Source: the human T2T-CHM13v2.0 reference genome, Homo sapiens. Taken from it: a stretch of DNA of 64,000 bases. The position numbers were made by a program, and so were the translations under genes. Each line of letters begins with the position of its first letter. Positions within the stretch are counted from its first letter, which is position 1. This document shows positions 31,021 to 45,600 of this stretch, piece by piece. The stretch lies in NCBI RefSeq assembly GCF_009914755.1, contig NC_060931.1. The stretch is one strand, 5' to 3'. The notes beneath the pieces were generated by a model. It ran no database searches. It was not told where the DNA came from and saw nothing but the letters and a program-made list of their open reading frames with translations.

Positions 31021-31395
31021 GTTTCTCTTCTAATACATGTGAGCAATTTCCTGGCCTGCTTTTTTTTGCTGCCTCTCCACTAGATGTTCTTTGAAAGCAT
31101 GGTAACCAGTCATGGAAAGGTTTTCTGACATACAGGAGACCAAACGTTGGCTAGCTAATTCTTAGGCTGAAATTATTACTGTAATTTGAAATAATAATTA
31201 TAAAAACATGCAGGATGTGAATCTTTAATAATCCAACCAAATTCAGAGACCGAAACATGTTACCAGGCAGCTTGTAAAAATGTTCCTGGTACAGTATGCT
31301 GTTGCATTCTGGATAGCGTCTCTTACCCCTCTGAGCAGTGCAATCACCCTGTAATAATTCTCCACCTTTTACACTCTTCTGCCTGGAAGGTGGCA

Positions 31396-31591
31396 TAGTG
31401 GTGTAAATAAGCTTTCTGAATTTAAACAACAACAACCCTGATTTGCGGCATTTGCTGACTTTTGTTGTGTAAAGATTCCTGCCATAGCTGATTTCAAGCT
31501 ATAAACAGTTTAGCAGCTTCCTCATAGAATTGCTGTGCATTTAACAATTGGTGCTCTGAGCCCCCAGGAGCTGCCTCCAGGATAACCCTGG
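31396..31591. mobile_element. MER63-like hAT DNA transposon fossil
   Basis: CCCTGATTTGCGGCATTTGCTGAC..GATTTCAAGCTA resembles the MER63 consensus. Confidence 0.65.
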
Positions 31592-31659
31592 GTGTGGAGC
31601 CCAACCTGAGACACCCATCGCCTCTCTTACGCCCAACTGAGGGTTTGCCAAGGTCCATG

Positions 31660-32133
31660 TGAGAGGTGAGGCCAGCTGGACTTCCTGGGTCCAGTGGGGA
31701 CTTGGGGAACTTTCCTGTCTTACAAGAGGATTGTAAAACGCACCAATCAGCACTCTGTAAAACACTAATCAGTGCTCTGTAAAACACACCAATTGGCGCT
31801 CTGTCAAATGCACGAATCAGCAGGATTCTAAACGTAGCCAATTGTGGGGAGGATTGAAAAAAGGGCACTCTGATAGGACAGAAACGGGACATGGGTGGGC
31901 ATAATAAAGGAATAAAAGCTGGCCATCCCAGCCAGCAGCAGCAACCTGCTCAGGTACGCTTCCACGTTGCAGAAGCTTTGTCCTTTCGTTCTTCACAGTA
32001 AACCTTGCTACCCCTCAGTTCTTGGGTCTGTGCCATCTTTAAGAGCTGTAACACTCACCATGAAGGTCTGCGGCTTCATTCTTTGAAGTCAGTGAGACCA
32101 TGAACCCACCAGCAGGAACCAGCTCCGGACACA
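31660..32133 (+). mobile_element. LTR12-family solo LTR (LTR12F-like, ERV9)
   Basis: TGAGAGGTGAGGCCAGCTGGACTTCCTGGG..GGACACA; tandem CCAATCAGCACTCTGTAAAA units; 4-bp TSD CATG. Confidence 0.9.
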
Positions 32134-33637
32134 CATGGTCTCTTCAGAAACAAAGTGGTCTCAGCAATGAACGTTTCCAGCGAACTCCCTATATAATTTG
32201 AATGTAACAATATATCACAACATAAACAGGCTTTCCAATTTATGCAATAGGCTTTACGTTTTCTGTATTTTTGTCTGCATGTATAGAATTGACAAAGCCT
32301 ATATTTTCCACATAGGAAAATATACAACGAAGAGTTATTTTGTTTTTGTATCAGTGTTGCGTGGAATATTCCACTTCAGTTAAAACAGCTGTTGTTTGGG
32401 CAGAGTATCAACGTGTGGCACACACAAGCTAAACAACCCAGTAGAGACTGCATTCTTCAAGAGGAGCTGCTTACCTGGCAATGCCCGCTGGGAGCTTCCC
32501 TAACTGGAGGTCCCCTCGCTGGGAGCATCCTGCCAGTGCAGACAGACGTATAACCTGGGATGTCTGTTTTTTCTTTTTTCTCTTGACCTAGTCAGAAGAT
32601 TGAACATGTTGTAACTGTAGAAAGCCCGTCATCCTTGTGTATGCACTTGCTGAAAGATCCACTGAAGAGCAACCTTCATGAACATTACCAGGGGACTTGT
32701 GCTCCTATAAAACGCACTGTTTTCCTCACTGCGAGGTGGGTCTCTCACCGCGATGGACTATCTGTGATCACAGAGCACTTCTTCCCTGGGCCTTCCCTGT
32801 CACACTGATGGTGTGAGTATGTAGGGCAGGGGTGGGAGTGAACATGTTAATCTCTTTTGAATAAACTGATTTTGAAGTAGATGTCTCAAAAAAAAGTTTG
32901 TCGCAATACTTTCTGGGTAGTGACATTAATTCTCCCCACCAAGAGTAGTAGTTTGGAGTTATTACTTATAAGCAGTGTGGCTTATTTAATAGTTTTATTC
33001 CCAATGCATTTCAGGCCACACATCTTCAACGTATAAAGTGTTTGTGTAGGGGAGAATTAAAGTAAAACAGAGAGCCACTTCTTCCTCCCAACCTGTCTCC
33101 AGTGATTCCAGAGAGAATGCGGCAGGTCATAAGTACAGAACAATGCTTTGCACCTGAAATAAACCAATAAAGTAAGGCGGACACAGGAGATGACTCAATC
33201 CCAATTTAGGTTTTGGGGACAGAAGGGCTGACCGTCCCGGGGATGTGGCCTTGAGTGTTCTCTGTACCCCGTGCAATTTTCCACAGGAGCCTTGGCAGAG
33301 AGCTGCTGTCAGAGTCTGGGGCTTGGTCCATCCAGAGCTGGGCAGCATCACCTCCCATGCCCTGCCCAGTGCTGCCTGGGCTTAGAAGCTGGCATGGGCT
33401 CTTGGTGCAGGCATGCACACACACACCAGCAATGAGGTCCACACATCAGTCGCCCCAAACTCAAACCCCTGGACTCTCGCACGCCAGATGAGAGCATGCT
33501 ACGGTTCTTCAGTTATGTTGAGAAAAGACGTAAATAGCAATAATCTTGAAACAATGTTAGGGAAATAAAAGCACAAGTGTAAGCCAGAAAAGAAGTCAGC
33601 TGTCAATATAACAACAAATATAAGAACAAAATCAGAA

Positions 33638-33960
<323 letters not shown>

Positions 33961-34499
33961 TCAGGGGTAGCAGAGAAATTTTGAACTATTCAGAGGAAGT
34001 TTAAAAAAAGGAAGAAAAAAGAAACAAATAAAATATAGAGAATTGAAAATGTAAAATAAGATGAGAGAAACAAATCTGCTATATGAACAACTATAATTTG
34101 GGGAAGATTGAAGTGAGTGTGCATATCCCTGAGACTGGTGAGGAACGTGTGCGTGGACATGAACATGTGGATGGGATGCCCAGGGGTGCATACAGAGCTG
34201 GGAGGGGGAGCCAGGGCGTGGGCCATGGGCAGGCTGCCCCCCCGCAGCCTTCCCTCCCATATACCTCCTATCGGGGAAATTCAGGAATCCCAAGCTCTGT
34301 AGAACTTGGCCTTCTACATCATTAGGCAGTCATCTCTACCAAGGAAGGAGGAGAGAACTTTTTAAATGTACTTTTAAAATTGTTTATTTAAACATTTTTT
34401 ACTTATCAAATTAAAGTTTGTGGGTTTGATGTATAACTTTTAAATATTTGGACATGTGTGAGAGTGTCTTTGAGCATCATGTGTGGGCCAGGCAGTGAG

Positions 34500-34905
34500 G
34501 GCCCTGAGACGTGGGCAGATCCTGGCAATCCAAAGAGCAGATCCAGCTGGTCTTGCTAGGGGACTGGAGCTGGGGAGTCAAAGAAAGGGGGGCCCATGGA
34601 CCCACAGTGGACTCAGTTGCCACCACAAGGGATAGGGAAGGCCGTGTGTGGAGTGGATTTGGGGAAGAGCATTCAGGATTTCACTGTTGGGAATGCTGAT
34701 CACGAAACATCCACGGGAGCTGCCAAGTAGGCATTTGGATGTGTGGGTCTCCAGGTCAGGAGAGGGTCCCAGGTAGACTTCCATTCATGGACAGCAGCAG
34801 GCAAATGGAATTTACAGCCATCATAGATGGGGACAGCAGCAAGCATGTGACTGTAGACAGAGAAGAAGAGGAGTGAGGACTGAGCCCTGGAATCTTCCGA
34901 TGTTA
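34500..34905 (-). mobile_element. L2 fragment
   Basis: AGTAGGCATTTGGATGTGTGGGTCT..GAGGACTGAGCCCTGGAA is typical of L2. Confidence 0.65.
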
Positions 34906-35540
34906 GCCAGTAACTCACTTTACTCAATGCATCACACATTCAGGTATTTGAAGTATATTTTTAAGGGTCTTGTAAGAGGTTGGAGAAAATCTAACGCTAT
35001 TCAAAGCTAACTGGAGTCTATTGAAATTCTCTGAAAAGTTTTAAAGTAAAACTGTTTCTTCTATCAATCTCCTTGATTTCAACAAGGTTTTCTTAACTTT
35101 TTAAAGCAAATTCCAGAATGTTTTGCACAAAATTAAAATTAAAGGGTGTTGCCTGTGGGCACCTTAAAGAGTCTCTTTGATAAGTCTGCATATTGGCTTA
35201 TTGCTCAAGAGAGATAAGTTGGGCTCCCCAATTTTTATAACATACTGTCAACTCTGTAGTCACACTGTCTATTTCATGTCGTTGCTTGTTAGAAACAGAC
35301 TATCCGCACTGAGCAGAAAGTACCAGTAACTATTCTCTGCTGCAGCAGCTGCCCATGATGCATTGCGTGGTGAGCCCTCGCCCTCAGTTTTCTGCCAGGT
35401 ATCTCTCTGCCCTGCTTCCTCTGGGCTCTCCCTGAAGTTGGGGGACACTCAATCATCACAAACCTTGAGATGGAGGAGGGTAAAATGCCCAGGAAAATCA
35501 TCAACCAATGGAAAAGAAAATGCAGTGAATTAATTCCCTG

Positions 35541-35670
35541 GGCTGGTTGCTCCTGCCTTAGCCTCCCAAAGTGCCAGAGGAACACTTGAGGCCAAACGTT
35601 CGAGACCAGCCTGGCCAACATGGTGAGACCGCCCCCCTGCCGTCTCTGCAAAAAATGATACTAAAAATTA
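35541..35670 (+). mobile_element. Alu left monomer (FLAM-like) with an internal ~25-bp inversion
   Basis: CTCCTGCCTTAGCCTCCCAAAGTGC is antisense Alu inside sense Alu (CACTTGAGGCC..TTCGAGACCAGCCTGGCCAACATGG). Confidence 0.8.
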
Positions 35671-36420
35671 AGTGCCAGCCACCTTTGTCTAGCGAGACAT
35701 GTTCTGTGTGAATGGGGTCCCGGTGAACAGAGACCTAGTTGTGCACCCAGGAACGAGCTCATGAACATACCCTATTCTGACTTTCCTCCCTTCTGTCTTA
35801 CTTTTCTAGCCACTTCCTTTGGTACCAGTCCCAAATAAAGTATCTGCTCAGGTATCTAAGGAAAGATACTCCTATTAAATAGCACAGGCTCAACTTTATT
35901 TTGAACTCTCTAGAAGGATATTACCATATAGGTAGTGTGGAAGATTATCAAATGAAAAGATCTTGTATTACTGTACTAGCTTCAGGCCTTTGCAGTGGCT
36001 ATTTGCTCCACCCTAAATGTTCTTTCTCGAGATGGTTCACTCCCTCACATCCCTCGCAATGGAAATTCAAATGTCACCCTCCTATGTGGCCTGGCCAGGC
36101 CATCTTGGAGACCAGCACACCTCACCCTATGTCACTTCTCTTGTAATTTTTCTTCATAGCATCATCTGACATCATATATGTTTTATTAGTTGTTTGCCTA
36201 CAAAAGCAAAAAGGACAGGGGTTTTACCTATTTTTTACACCAATATATCCAGCTTTGCCCACAATAGACTTGGTACAAATAGGCACTCAAATTTTTGTCA
36301 AAGCAAAATTTATAGGGCAATATTTGTCTAAAGGATATGGCCAGAAACATGCTTTTTTCCTTCAAGATATTTTTTAAAATCTTCCAGTAAGCATTATACA
36401 TTTATTGTGGCATCTTTTCA

Positions 36421-37503
36421 TGTTGCGGGAAGACAGGAATCCCGAACAGAGGGACTGGCTGAAGCCATGGCAGGAGAACATAAATTGTGAAGATTTCATG
36501 GGCATTTGTTAGGTCTCCAAATTAATACTTTTATAATTTCTTACGCCTGTCTTTACTGCAGTCTCTGAACATAAACTGTGAAGATTTCATGGACATTGTC
36601 ACTTCCCCAATCAATATTCTTATAATTTCCTATGCCTGTCTTTACTTTAATCTCTTAATCCTGTCATCTTCGTAAGCTGAGGATGTATGTCGCCTCAGGA
36701 CCCTGTGATGATTGCGTTAACTGCACAAGTTGTTCGTAAAGCATTTTTGTTTGAACAATATGAAATCTGGCCACCTTAAGAACAGGATAACAGCAATTTT
36801 CAGGGAACAAGGGAGATAACCTTAAAGTCTGGCTGCCTGTGGGCCAGGCAGGACAGCCATATTTCTCTTATTACCAAAAACGGGTAAGAGAAATATCACT
36901 GACTTTTTTCCCTGGTAAGGAATATTAATAATTAACAGCCCTGGGAAAAGAATGCATTCCCCGGCAGAGGGGGGCCTCTAAAATAGCCACTCTGGGGGGT
37001 GTCTGCCTTGTGCAGTTGCAGATAAGGGATGAAACATGCCCTGGCCTCCTGCAGCACCCCCAGGCTTGCTAGGATTAGGAAATTCCAGGCTGGCAAATTC
37101 TAGTCGGACCGGTTCTCTGCTCTTGAACCCTGTTAAGATGTTTATGACAATGCGTGCACAGTGGGACGTGGAACTTCATTAGTAATTCTAGTTTTGCCCT
37201 GACCTTGTGATCTCGTCCTGACCTTCTGCCTTGTGATCTTTTGTTGCCCTTGAACCATGTGATCTCTGTGACCCACACCCTATTTGTACACTCCCTCCCC
37301 TTTGAAAATTGCTAATAAAAACTTGCTGGTTTTACAGCTCAGGGGGCATCACGGAACCTGCCGACATGTGATGTCTCCCCCGGACACCCAGCTTTAAAAT
37401 TTCTCTCTTTTGTACTCTTTCCCTTTATTTCTCAGACCGGCCAACATGTAGGGAAAATAGAAAAGAACCTATGTTGAATTATCGGGGGCTAGTTCCCCCG
37501 ATA
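36421..37503 (+). mobile_element. MER11 solo LTR (MER11B/C-like)
   Basis: TGTTGCGGGAAG..GTTCCCCCGATA; internal ~90-bp duplication; flanks TTTTCA/TTTTTG. Confidence 0.92.
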
Positions 37504-37540
37504 TTTTTGTGTTGGCTAAATTTAATACTCAGTTATAGCA

Positions 37541-37827
37541 ATTTTTTTGAGACAGGGTCTCACTACGTTGCCCAGGCTGGCACAGTGGTACAATCTCGGC
37601 TCACCACAACTTCTGCCTCCTGGGCTCAAGCTATCCTTCCACATCAGCCTACTGAGTACTTGGGACTACAGGCATGACCCCACACCTGGCTAATTTTTTG
37701 TTTGTTTTTTGTAGAGACAATGTCACTATGTTGCCTAGGCTGGTCTCAAACTCCTGGGCTCAAGCGATCCACTTGCCTTGGCCTTCCAAAATGCTGGGAT
37801 TACAGGCATGAGCCATCATGCCCAGCC
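37541..37827 (-). mobile_element. Alu (AluJ)
   Basis: CTCCTGGGCTCAAGC diagnostics; TSD AGTTATAGCAATTT. Confidence 0.93.
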
Positions 37828-39757
37828 AGTTATAGCAATTTTCTTATCATTTGGTTTAGCATTCAATAAATGCTAGTTAATATTTCTGTTGACAAATATT
37901 TTCAGAGTTAGCAGATAACTAGACAGAGGAAATCAGCCTAAGTGAAACAAATGACAATTTGACCACTAATACATTTAAATTTGCTAAAGTCAAATACATT
38001 TCAGTGTATTAAAATAGATTTTCATCTCGGTTTTAAAGGTCTCTGGTGAAAGACCCCAGATAGATGTGGAAATGTTTTGAAGTAAAGTCAGTGCTGGACA
38101 TAAGTTCTCAGATCTGATGGGTGAACTCACTTAGATCGAAGCAACGTGGGATCAAAGCCACTTACAAAATTGCAGTACACTCTGAATTTTAGAATAAAGA
38201 CATTCTTAGGGACACATAAATAAAATCACACTGTTCTCTGAAGTTAGACTGTCATGTAGATGGTTGGTGCCAATTAACGTTATTACTGGTAAATGTTCTA
38301 CTGAGGAGGACAGATTAAACCATCTGTTTAGACTGTGAGATATTCCTTCAGCAGTGAGGTAGGAATCCTTCCTGCCACCTTTTAACAAAGGACAATATCA
38401 TTCTGTGTCTTACTGGTATACACGTTATGAAAGATTATTTCACTTCCTTACACATGCTCAATGGGGTTTCCAAGTTTCCAGAAATGTTTTCTTCTTCCTA
38501 AGAAAATTAGTTCTTATCCATCTTAAATATTTTCTTACCAATTCATTGAGGTTCTCAAAACAATGAAATGAATCATTGAAGAAATGCTCCTACACAGACA
38601 GAAAAACACCTATAATTCTTGCTGATCAGAGTTCTTTACAGAGGAAATTCCAGAATACATGTTAGTCTGCAGAGTACTCCTAAGATCTTCTAAAGGGCTA
38701 TTAATTTAAAAATACATAAACAAAATAATGTCAATACAATTTTCCTCAGCCCCTCCTAGAGGCCCCTGGCTCATTTGTTTGTAAACACCTTTTCCCTGCT
38801 GTTCTCATGTTAGCATATCTTCGCATCGTTACTATAGTTGGTATCATTTTGTTTATGATTTTTTTTATTTTTACACACACAAAAATATTTTGCTATATCA
38901 CTAATTTTTTGTGTTGGCCAAAGCATTTCACGGAGAAGAACACACACACATGCACACACACACACACAGAAATGTCGCCTTTTATCATAAACATGGTAGT
39001 TGAAGAATGATCAGAAATCACCTTTCTGTTCTCAGGGATTTATAGAAACATAATGAAAACCCAAAACAGGAAGCATTGCTTTTTCTGCAAAGAGGAGATT
39101 CCCATCGTATGAGGTCTTGACACAGTTATTCTATTTTCTTTGAAGTAAATGTGAGTTTGTGTGTTTAATTCCACTCTGGGGCTTTCCTGTTTCTTTTTAT
39201 AGAGTGTCTCTACTTCCATCAAATATGGCTTTTCACATGTTTTTTACTTTAACTGTGGCTTTATGGGAATAAGATTCTTAACCAAGTATATACAGACAAT
39301 TTCCTGTAAAGTTTCCTGACTTTATGCAGGTCTCCATTATGAACACTGATTGATAAAAATCTACTAAGAGAAATTGTAGTGCCTGTCATCCCCGCTTCAC
39401 CCTAAACTCATTTCCTGCCAGGCCAAACTCTTGAAATAGTTCAAGCACAGTAATCCTAAGAATACAACAAATTACGTGCTGATCTCATTGGAGAGCATTA
39501 AGTTTGTGGTTTGCCAGGAGTTCATTTCTAAGTAATGCTAAGATAGATCACTTGCCAAAAAAAATAAAAAATAAAAAAAGCTATTTAATGTTTCAGTTGA
39601 GCAGTGATTTATTTTCAAAAATATTTCCAGATGTTCCAATTCACCTACACTTTATAAGGCCACATTTCTAAAAGCAAGTGGCATTGACTTCCAGCTACTC
39701 CATCAAGTTATCCACTTTTGTTTAATTCGTTGAAAGAAAGATGCCTATTTATCTCAC

Positions 39758-39799
39758 CTCAGGGTCTTCTTGGTGCGGGAAGTCCCCAGGGTAGATGTC
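39758..39799 (-). other. Candidate 42-nt internal exon of a minus-strand transcript
   Basis: Acceptor CTTCACTGTTGACTCTCAG, donor GAG|GTGAGA; reads DIYPGDFPHQEDPE in phase 0. Confidence 0.35.
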
Positions 39800-40354
39800 C
39801 TGAGAGTCAACAGTGAAGCCGCATGGGGAGACTTGTGCCACATCTGCTTCCAGTCAGTCCCTCTGCTGAGGGCCACAGGGCCGCTGCTGCTCGTGAGAAT
39901 TCCGGCTCTCATGGCCTCCCACTGCCAAAGAGAAGAAAGGGCCAAACTGCCAAGTGACCTTCATCATACCACATGCTTCTCAGTGTAAACACGTTCCTGG
40001 GGACGTATACTAAAGTCAGAATGGTATACCTTTCCTTCATTCCACTGTCAGAGAGTATGTATGCATTCCTCAGACTGGGGTTTTAAACCTTGGCTCTCGC
40101 TCAAATGTGAAGTAATCAGAAGTGATATGTTGATAAATTGTCTACTTGTTTGATGTAAGCAGGGAAAAGCCATTTTCCATGTAGAGTTTGAAAATCATAC
40201 TTAGTTTACTTACACTAAGTACAAAGAAAGTTCCACCCTCCTACTGAATAGGAGACTTATTGAACCTGCTGCTTGACAGTTGCTTAAAAATATTTTAATA
40301 TTAGCTGTAGGCTCCTAGAAACAAAAAGTGTATTTATAAAAAAATTACATTTTA

Positions 40355-40690
<336 letters not shown>

Positions 40691-42683
40691 CTAGTAATGG
40701 ATATTCAGTGGGTTAATTATACTTACTGTAAATGGGATTCTAATTTACTGACATTAAGTGCACATTGCTTTTGGAGTAATATCCAATTAATACATTACCC
40801 ATTAAGAGTCCTCTTCACAGGGCCTGTAATGCCTACTGCACAGTTCACTGACTTAAGTGTACAGTGTGCACACATGGGGCTCTGAGAAGCTTCTGCTTAG
40901 ATCCCTGTCTGAGCTAAGACTCTGTGGTAGTGTGGAATGATGATCAACACTCCTTTGGACTGGCCAGATGCGAATTCAAACCAGCTCTACCTATCGTTCA
41001 CTGGCTATGCGAACTTAATGTCTCCTCACTTGTAAAATGCAGATATTACATCTTCTCACCACTGTGAGCAATAAGGCACTAAACTAGCATGCTTAATACG
41101 GTCTCTGGAACATCATAAGTGCTCAATATAGAATCCTATTTTTATTACAATTATCATTTTTCCATTTGTTTTCATCAACTACAGACCATCTTAATTATCT
41201 ATTGTGGAATTCTACTGCATGTCTCCTTGAACAAGAATTAATTATTTACAAAAAAAAAAAAGAAAGAGAAGCCAGTATTCTTTTCTCAAGCTATATCATG
41301 TATTCAGTCTTTTTGAAATGTCATCTTTTCCTTGATTACCTCAAGAACATTATTTTCTGGGTTGGTTGTGGATCTTTTTCATCAGAGACCTTCCACTATA
41401 GGAGATGTTCTCTCCTGTGTTACCAGAAGTCACAAGTTAGAAAGCCTGGGCACACTGCCCTGCTGGGCGCCTTCGGGAGACAGCTGCACAGGACAGCTCT
41501 GAACTGGATGGGACTTCCTTAGAGCATTGCTGTGGTTTTTGTCTCTGTTTTACACCCCACCCTGAATTCTAGCTAGCTCATGTGCATGTGCAAACCGCAG
41601 AATATTGGATGTAAAATTGGAAAGCTCACACCGTGAAACTTGCCAGGAAGAGTGTCGCTGTGTTTACAGAAAGTAAAATGGTGTTGAACAGTGTTGAACA
41701 ACGATTTTGAACAATGGAGCAGCCATTTTCAGCTCTGGTGCAGTGCAGAAAGCAACTCTTCCTGCCAGACAGACTTAAAACCTCCAGCTTCCTTTTCTGA
41801 TTTGCCTTCAGCTAGGCCTGTGTGCTTCTGCTTTTTATTCATTTCATGGGAGTTACGCTTTCCTGCATCTTTCTGCAGACTCCTTCACATAGAAATTTTC
41901 CTAGACAAGGTCATCATTTGTAAGCCCTCCTTTGTCTTTGGTTTGCAGCTACCTGTTGAAAATAGGTCCACATTGGTTTATTTCTACCACAGATTTTGGA
42001 TTGAGGAAGATGCATCAGGTGCAGTCTGGGAAGAGTGACCATTTGTCCTCGTATGTCAGACTGCAGCTCCTATTCCAACATAATTAATAGTGCACTTTTA
42101 CTTGCTAAGTGATCTAGTTTAGAAAATACACTATATGATCACCCTGAATCTCAGCCCCCAGAAAGGGTGAACATAAAGTCATCAATTTTATTACTGCTCA
42201 TGGCACTGCCCCTCTCCGTAGTGAGGAGACTTGCAGGAATAGGTTGATTTGCATCTTCCTGGATTTGTTTATGTTTATCCTTTTGTTTGTTTCTCCAGTT
42301 GGAGTATGTTGCAATGAACCGCTCACGGAATGGAATCACGGAAGAACTTATTGGAAGGGGAACCAAGGCAGCTCCAAGGTTTTCCACTCAGGGGCTCGTG
42401 GCTGTCCCCATAGAGTGCTTCTACTGATACACTGAGGGGCCCATAATTTCCACTTTGTAGGTTCATACGTTTCTAGATTCTCAGCTCCAAATTACACAAT
42501 CCTGGCACAAAATTCGACTGGCTGAGTTTGAGTTAAATATTTACTGACTCTAGCAGGAGGCAGGGCTCCTTACCACAGACAGGGTGGTTGGCAGCAACCA
42601 CTGTGTATTGGGAGAGTTTTCAGAGAAAAGTGAATTGGAGTCAGGCAGCCATCCTAAGTGGTGTCTACTCCATTTATTTTTTC

Positions 42684-45600
42684 TTTTTCAAATTTATTTA
42701 ATTTTATTTTTTTTTATTTCAATAGGTTTTTGGGGAGCAGGTGGTGTTTGATTACATGAATAAGTTCTTTAGTGGTAATTTCTGAGATTTTGGTGCACCC
42801 ATCACCTAAGCAGTGTACACTGTACCCATTGTGTAGTCTTTTATCCCTCACCACCCCCACCCTTTCCCCCATGTCCTCAAAGTCCAGTGTATCATTTTTA
42901 TGCCTTTGCATCCTCATAGCTTAGTTCCCATACATGAGTGAGAACATACAATGTTTGGTTTTCCATTCCTGAGTTGCTTCACTTAGAGTAATAGTCTCCA
43001 ATTCCATCCAGGTTGCTGCAAATGCCGTCATTTTGTTCCTTTTTATGGCTGAGTAGTAGTACATGGTATATATATGCCACATTTTCTTTATCCACTTATT
43101 GACTGATGGGCATTTGGGCTAGTTCCGTAATTTTGCAATTGCAAATTGTGCTGCTATAAACGTGTGTGCAAGTATCTTTTTCATATAATGACTTCTTTTC
43201 TTTTGGGTAGATACCCAATAGTGGGATTGCTGGATCAAATGGTTGATTTACTTTTAGTTCTTTAAGGAATCTTCACACTGTTTTCCACAGTGGTTGTACT
43301 AGTTTACATTCCCACCAACAGTGTAAAAGTGTTCCCTTTTCACCACATCCACACCAACATCTATTAAAGATTTGTTATTTTCGCTTAGTCTTGCTTTAAC
43401 TATGTGGGCTCTTTTTTGGTTCCATATGAATTTTAGGATTTTTTTTTTCCTAATTCTGCGAAGAATGATGGTGGCATTTTGATGGGAATTGCATTGAATT
43501 TGTAGATTGCTTTTGGCAGTATGGTCATTTTCACAATATTGATTCTACACATTCATGAGCATGGGCTGTGTTTCCATTTGTGTTGTCTATGATTTCTGTC
43601 AGCAGTGTTTTGTAGTTTTCCTAGTAGAGGTATTTCACCTCCTTGGTTAGGTATATTCCTAAGTATTTTAATTTTTTTTGCAGCTATTGTGAAAGGTGTT
43701 GAGTTCTTGATTTGATTTTCAGCTTGGTCACTGTTGGTATGTAACAGAGCTACTGATACGTGTACATTAATTTTATATCCTGAAATTTTGCTGAATTCAT
43801 TTACCAGTTCTAGGAGCTTTTTGAATGAGTCCCTAGGGTTTCTAAGTATATGATCATATCATCAGCAAACAACGATGGTTTGACTTTCTCTTTACCAATT
43901 TAGATGCCCTTTCTTTCTTTCTCTTCTCTGATTGCTCTGGCTAGAACTTCTAGTACTCTGTTGAATAGAAATGGTGAAAGTGGGCATCCTTGTCTTGTTC
44001 CAGTTCTCAGGGGGAATGCTGTCCACTTTTCCCTGTTTAGTATAATGTAGGCTGAGGGTTTGTCATAGATGGCTTTTATTACCTTAAGGTATGTCCCTTC
44101 TATCCCAATTTTGCTGAGATCTTTAATCATAAAGTATTGCTGGATTTTCTCAAATGTTTTTTCTTCATCTATTGAGATGATCATGTGATTTTTGTCTTTA
44201 ATTCTGTTTATGTGGTGTATCACATTTATTGACTTATGTATGTTAAACCATCCATGCATCCCTGGTATAAAACCCAATTGATCATGGTGGGTTATCTTTT
44301 TGATATGCTGTTGGATTTGGTTAGCTAGTATTTTGTTGAGTATTTTTCCATCTATGTTCCTCAGGGATATTGGTTTGTAGTTTTCTTTTTTTGTTATGTC
44401 CTTTGCTGGTTTTGGTATTAGGGTGATACTGGCTTCATAGAATGACTTAGGGAGGACTCCCTCTTTCTCTATCTTTTAGAACAGTGTTAATAGGACTGGT
44501 ACCAATTCTTCTTTGAATATCTGATAGAATTCAGCTGTGAATCCGTCTGGTCCTGGACCTTTTTAAATTGGCATTTTAAAAATTACCATTTCAAGCTCAC
44601 TGCTTGTTACTGGTCTGTTCAGACATTCTATATTTTCCTGGTTTAATCTAGGAGGATTTTATATTTCCAGGAACTTATCCATCTCCTCTAGGTTTTCTAG
44701 TTTATGTGTATAAAGCTGTTCATAGTAGCCTTGAATAATCTTTTGTACTTCTGTGGTGTCAGTTGTAATATCTCCTGTTCCATTTCTAATTGAGTGTATT
44801 TGGATCTTCTCTCTTCTTTTCTAATGGGCTATCAATTTTATTTATCTTTTCAAAGAACCAGCTTTTTGTTTCATTTATCTTTTGTTTTTTTTTGTTGTTG
44901 TTGTTTTTGTTGTTTCAATTTCATTTAGTTCTGCTCTGATCTTGGTTATTTATTTTCTTCTGCTGGGTTTGGGTTTGGATTTTCTTGTTTCTTCTCTAGT
45001 TCTGAGAGACGTGACCTTAGACTGTCAGCTTTTGCTCTTTCAGACTTTTTGAGGTAGGCATTTAACGCTATGAACTGAAAGGAAAATATCTCGGACCCCC
45101 AAAATCACTAAGGAAAACTCAACTAAGGAAACTGCTTAGGGCAAACCTGCCTCCCATTCTATCCAAAGTCACTCCTCTGCTTACTGAGCTAGATGCATAT
45201 CTGATTTGCCTCCTCCGGAAAGGCTAATCAGAAACTTGAAAGAATGTAATCCTGTATGACCTATCTGTGACCTGGAAGCTCCCTCCCTGCTTCTCGTCTT
45301 CCTGCCTTTGCTTCAAGTTGTCTCACCTTCCAGACCAAACGAATGTACTTCCTACATGTATTGATTGATGTCTCATATCTCCCTAAATGTATAAAACCAA
45401 GCTGTGCCCTTACCACCATGGGCACATGTCATCAGGACTTCCTGAGGCTGTGTCACGGGAGTGTACTCAACCTTGGCAAAATAAACTTTCTAAATTAACT
45501 GAGACCTGTCTCAAATTTTGAGGTTCACAGAACTTTCCTCTTAGCACTGTTTTTGCTGTATCCCAGAGGTTTTGATAGGTTGTGTCATTACTATCATTCA

